Below, in pieces: positions 62,330-64,000 of a stretch of DNA of 64,000 nt. Within the stretch, counting starts at the first letter, position 1, and each line of letters starts with the position of its first letter. Made by a program: the position numbers and the translations under genes. The stretch comes from Mobula hypostoma (lineage: Eukaryota): contig NC_086097.1 of assembly GCF_963921235.1 (NCBI RefSeq), positions 185,630,001 through 185,694,000 on the forward strand. Direction: 5' to 3'. The notes below the pieces were generated by a model that was not told where the DNA came from, did no database searches, and worked only from the letters and a program-made list of their open reading frames with translations.

Positions 62330-63880
62330 GAGAAGGCTGAGCAGTAGTGGCAAGGTGAATCAAGATAAGGTCTCTTTAAGCTTTAGTACCTTGAGAGGTA
62401 GAAATGGCAGTCAGTGGAGTGCTATGCTCCTGTCAAATATGGGAGATCAGAGAGTGATTAAGTGTTTCTGGTAACAATCTTTACAGGAAGTGTGCCCAGC
62501 CTATAACTCCTTTCAGACAATGTGGATCTGTTAAAGTGGCAGATGGGAGTCACTGAGACAGAAAGCATCATATATAGGAATTTCAAGGAAGTGATCACAC
62601 CACAGGTCGGCTGGTTAGATGGTTGGAGATACAGGAAGGTAATGAAGAGTCCCCTGTGCTATTCCCCTCTCTGAAAGGCTTACTGTTGGTGGATATGGTC
62701 TCTCAAGGGAACAAGGAAAAAATGCATCAACCAAATTAGTGGTGTCACAACTGACGCTGTTATACAGCAAGAAAAGTCAAAGTCCAGGTAAGTGAACATT
62801 GATCATAGAAATCTACAGCACATTACAGGCCTTTCGGCCCACAACGTTGTGCCAACCATGTAACCTTACTCTAGAAACTGCCTAGAATTTTCCTTCTGCA
62901 TAACCCCGTTTTTCTAAACTCCATGTATCTAAGAGTCTCTTATAAAACTTTATTATATCTGCTTCCGCCACTGTCACCAGCAGTACATTCCATGCACCCA
63001 AAACACTGTGAAAAATTTACCCCTGACGTCCCCCCTGTACCTACTTTCAAGCACCTTAATACTATGCCCCCTTGTGTTAGCCGTTTCAGCCCCGGGAAAA
63101 AGCCTCTGGCTATCCATACGATCAATACTTCTCATCATCTTATACACCTCTATTAAGTCACCTCTCATCCTCCAACGCTCCAAGGAGAAAAGGCCAAGTT
63201 CACTCAAGAAAGTAGCAGTGATTGGGGGAACTCAATAGTCAGGGAAACTGATAGGTATTCCTGTGGTTACAAGAGGGATTCGTGGATGGTGTATTATTTC
63301 CCTGTTGCCAGGGTCAAGGAGGACATTAGGAGCAAGATGATAGCTAGAGAGAAGTAGGGCCACTCTAGAACAAGGGACAGAACTTTAGTGTGGAGCCAGA
63401 AAAAATGGATGAGGTCCTTCACATCAGTATTCATTAAAATGTTGCCTGGATTGGAGGGCATCCCTTATAGGTTGCATGAACTTGGCCTTTTCTCCTTGGA
63501 GCGACGGAGGATGGGAGGTGACCTGATGATGAAGGGCATTGATTGTGTGGATAGCCCTAGGCTTTTCCCCAAGGCTGAAATGGCTAACACGAGGGGGCAT
63601 AGTTTTAAGGTGCTTGGAAACAGGTACTGAGGGGATGTCGGGGTAACCTTTTCACACAGAGAATGGTGGATGCGTGGAATGCACTGCCAGCGGCGGTGGT
63701 GAAAGTGGATACAATAGGATCTTTTAAGAGCCTCTTAGATAGGTACAAGGAACTTAGAAAAGTAGAGGACTATGCACGAGGGAAACTCCAGGCAGTTTCT
63801 AGAGTAGGTTTCATGGTCAGCACAACATTGTGGTCCGAAGGGCCTGTAATGTGCTGTAGATTTCTATATTCTATGTCCTA
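62330..63880. mobile_element. CR1 ORF1 remnant (+) with a nested CR1 3' end (62805-63207, minus) and another CR1 3' end (63435-63880, plus)
   Basis: Decayed ORF1 zinc finger and esterase-like VAVIG.S..R motif; LGLFSLERWRMRGDLIEVYK on both strands. Confidence 0.75.
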
Positions 63881-64000
63881 AAAGAAAGGACATGGATGAT
63901 TTGGGGGCGGGGGGAGGTACGTGGATATTTTAGGGCCTATTGAAAAGGAGGAGTTGTTGAGTATCTTGGAAAAACATCAAGATGGATAAATTCCCAGGGC

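Overview
Eukaryotic (vertebrate) genomic DNA, not a prokaryotic locus. The repeat content (abundant CR1/HER1-like LINEs, HE1-like SINEs, Rex1/Babar, Penelope) points to a cartilaginous fish, probably a ray (inference). The single host gene is pip4p2 (TMEM55A, type 2 PtdIns-4,5-P2 4-phosphatase) on the + strand. Coding exons 2-7 are at 20288-20436, 36850-36956, 43169-43292, 45427-45479, 52185-52275 and 54535-54678. All have GT-AG boundaries and compatible phases; exon 1 lies upstream of the window. Introns and flanks are filled with nested, mostly decayed transposable elements: CR1, Rex1/Babar (one near full-length), L1/Tx1, a HERO RLE-LINE, Penelope elements with minimal hammerhead motifs, an internally deleted BEL/Pao LTR element, Tigger/pogo, Tc1, hAT and Chapaev3 DNA transposons, and a 37-bp minisatellite. 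The most interesting signal is in the BEL element. It has no tRNA primer-binding site, but its LTR contains an apparent intron whose splice junction would create the exact 9-nt complement of the sequence abutting the 5' LTR, suggesting splicing-assembled self-priming (hypothesis). Other highlights are a clean kink-turn in the HERO 3'UTR, a palindromic Penelope insertion carrying two hammerheads, and a YxxxxLL (eIF4E-binding-like) motif at the start of Rex1 ORFs. Boundaries of old repeats are approximate and read by eye.
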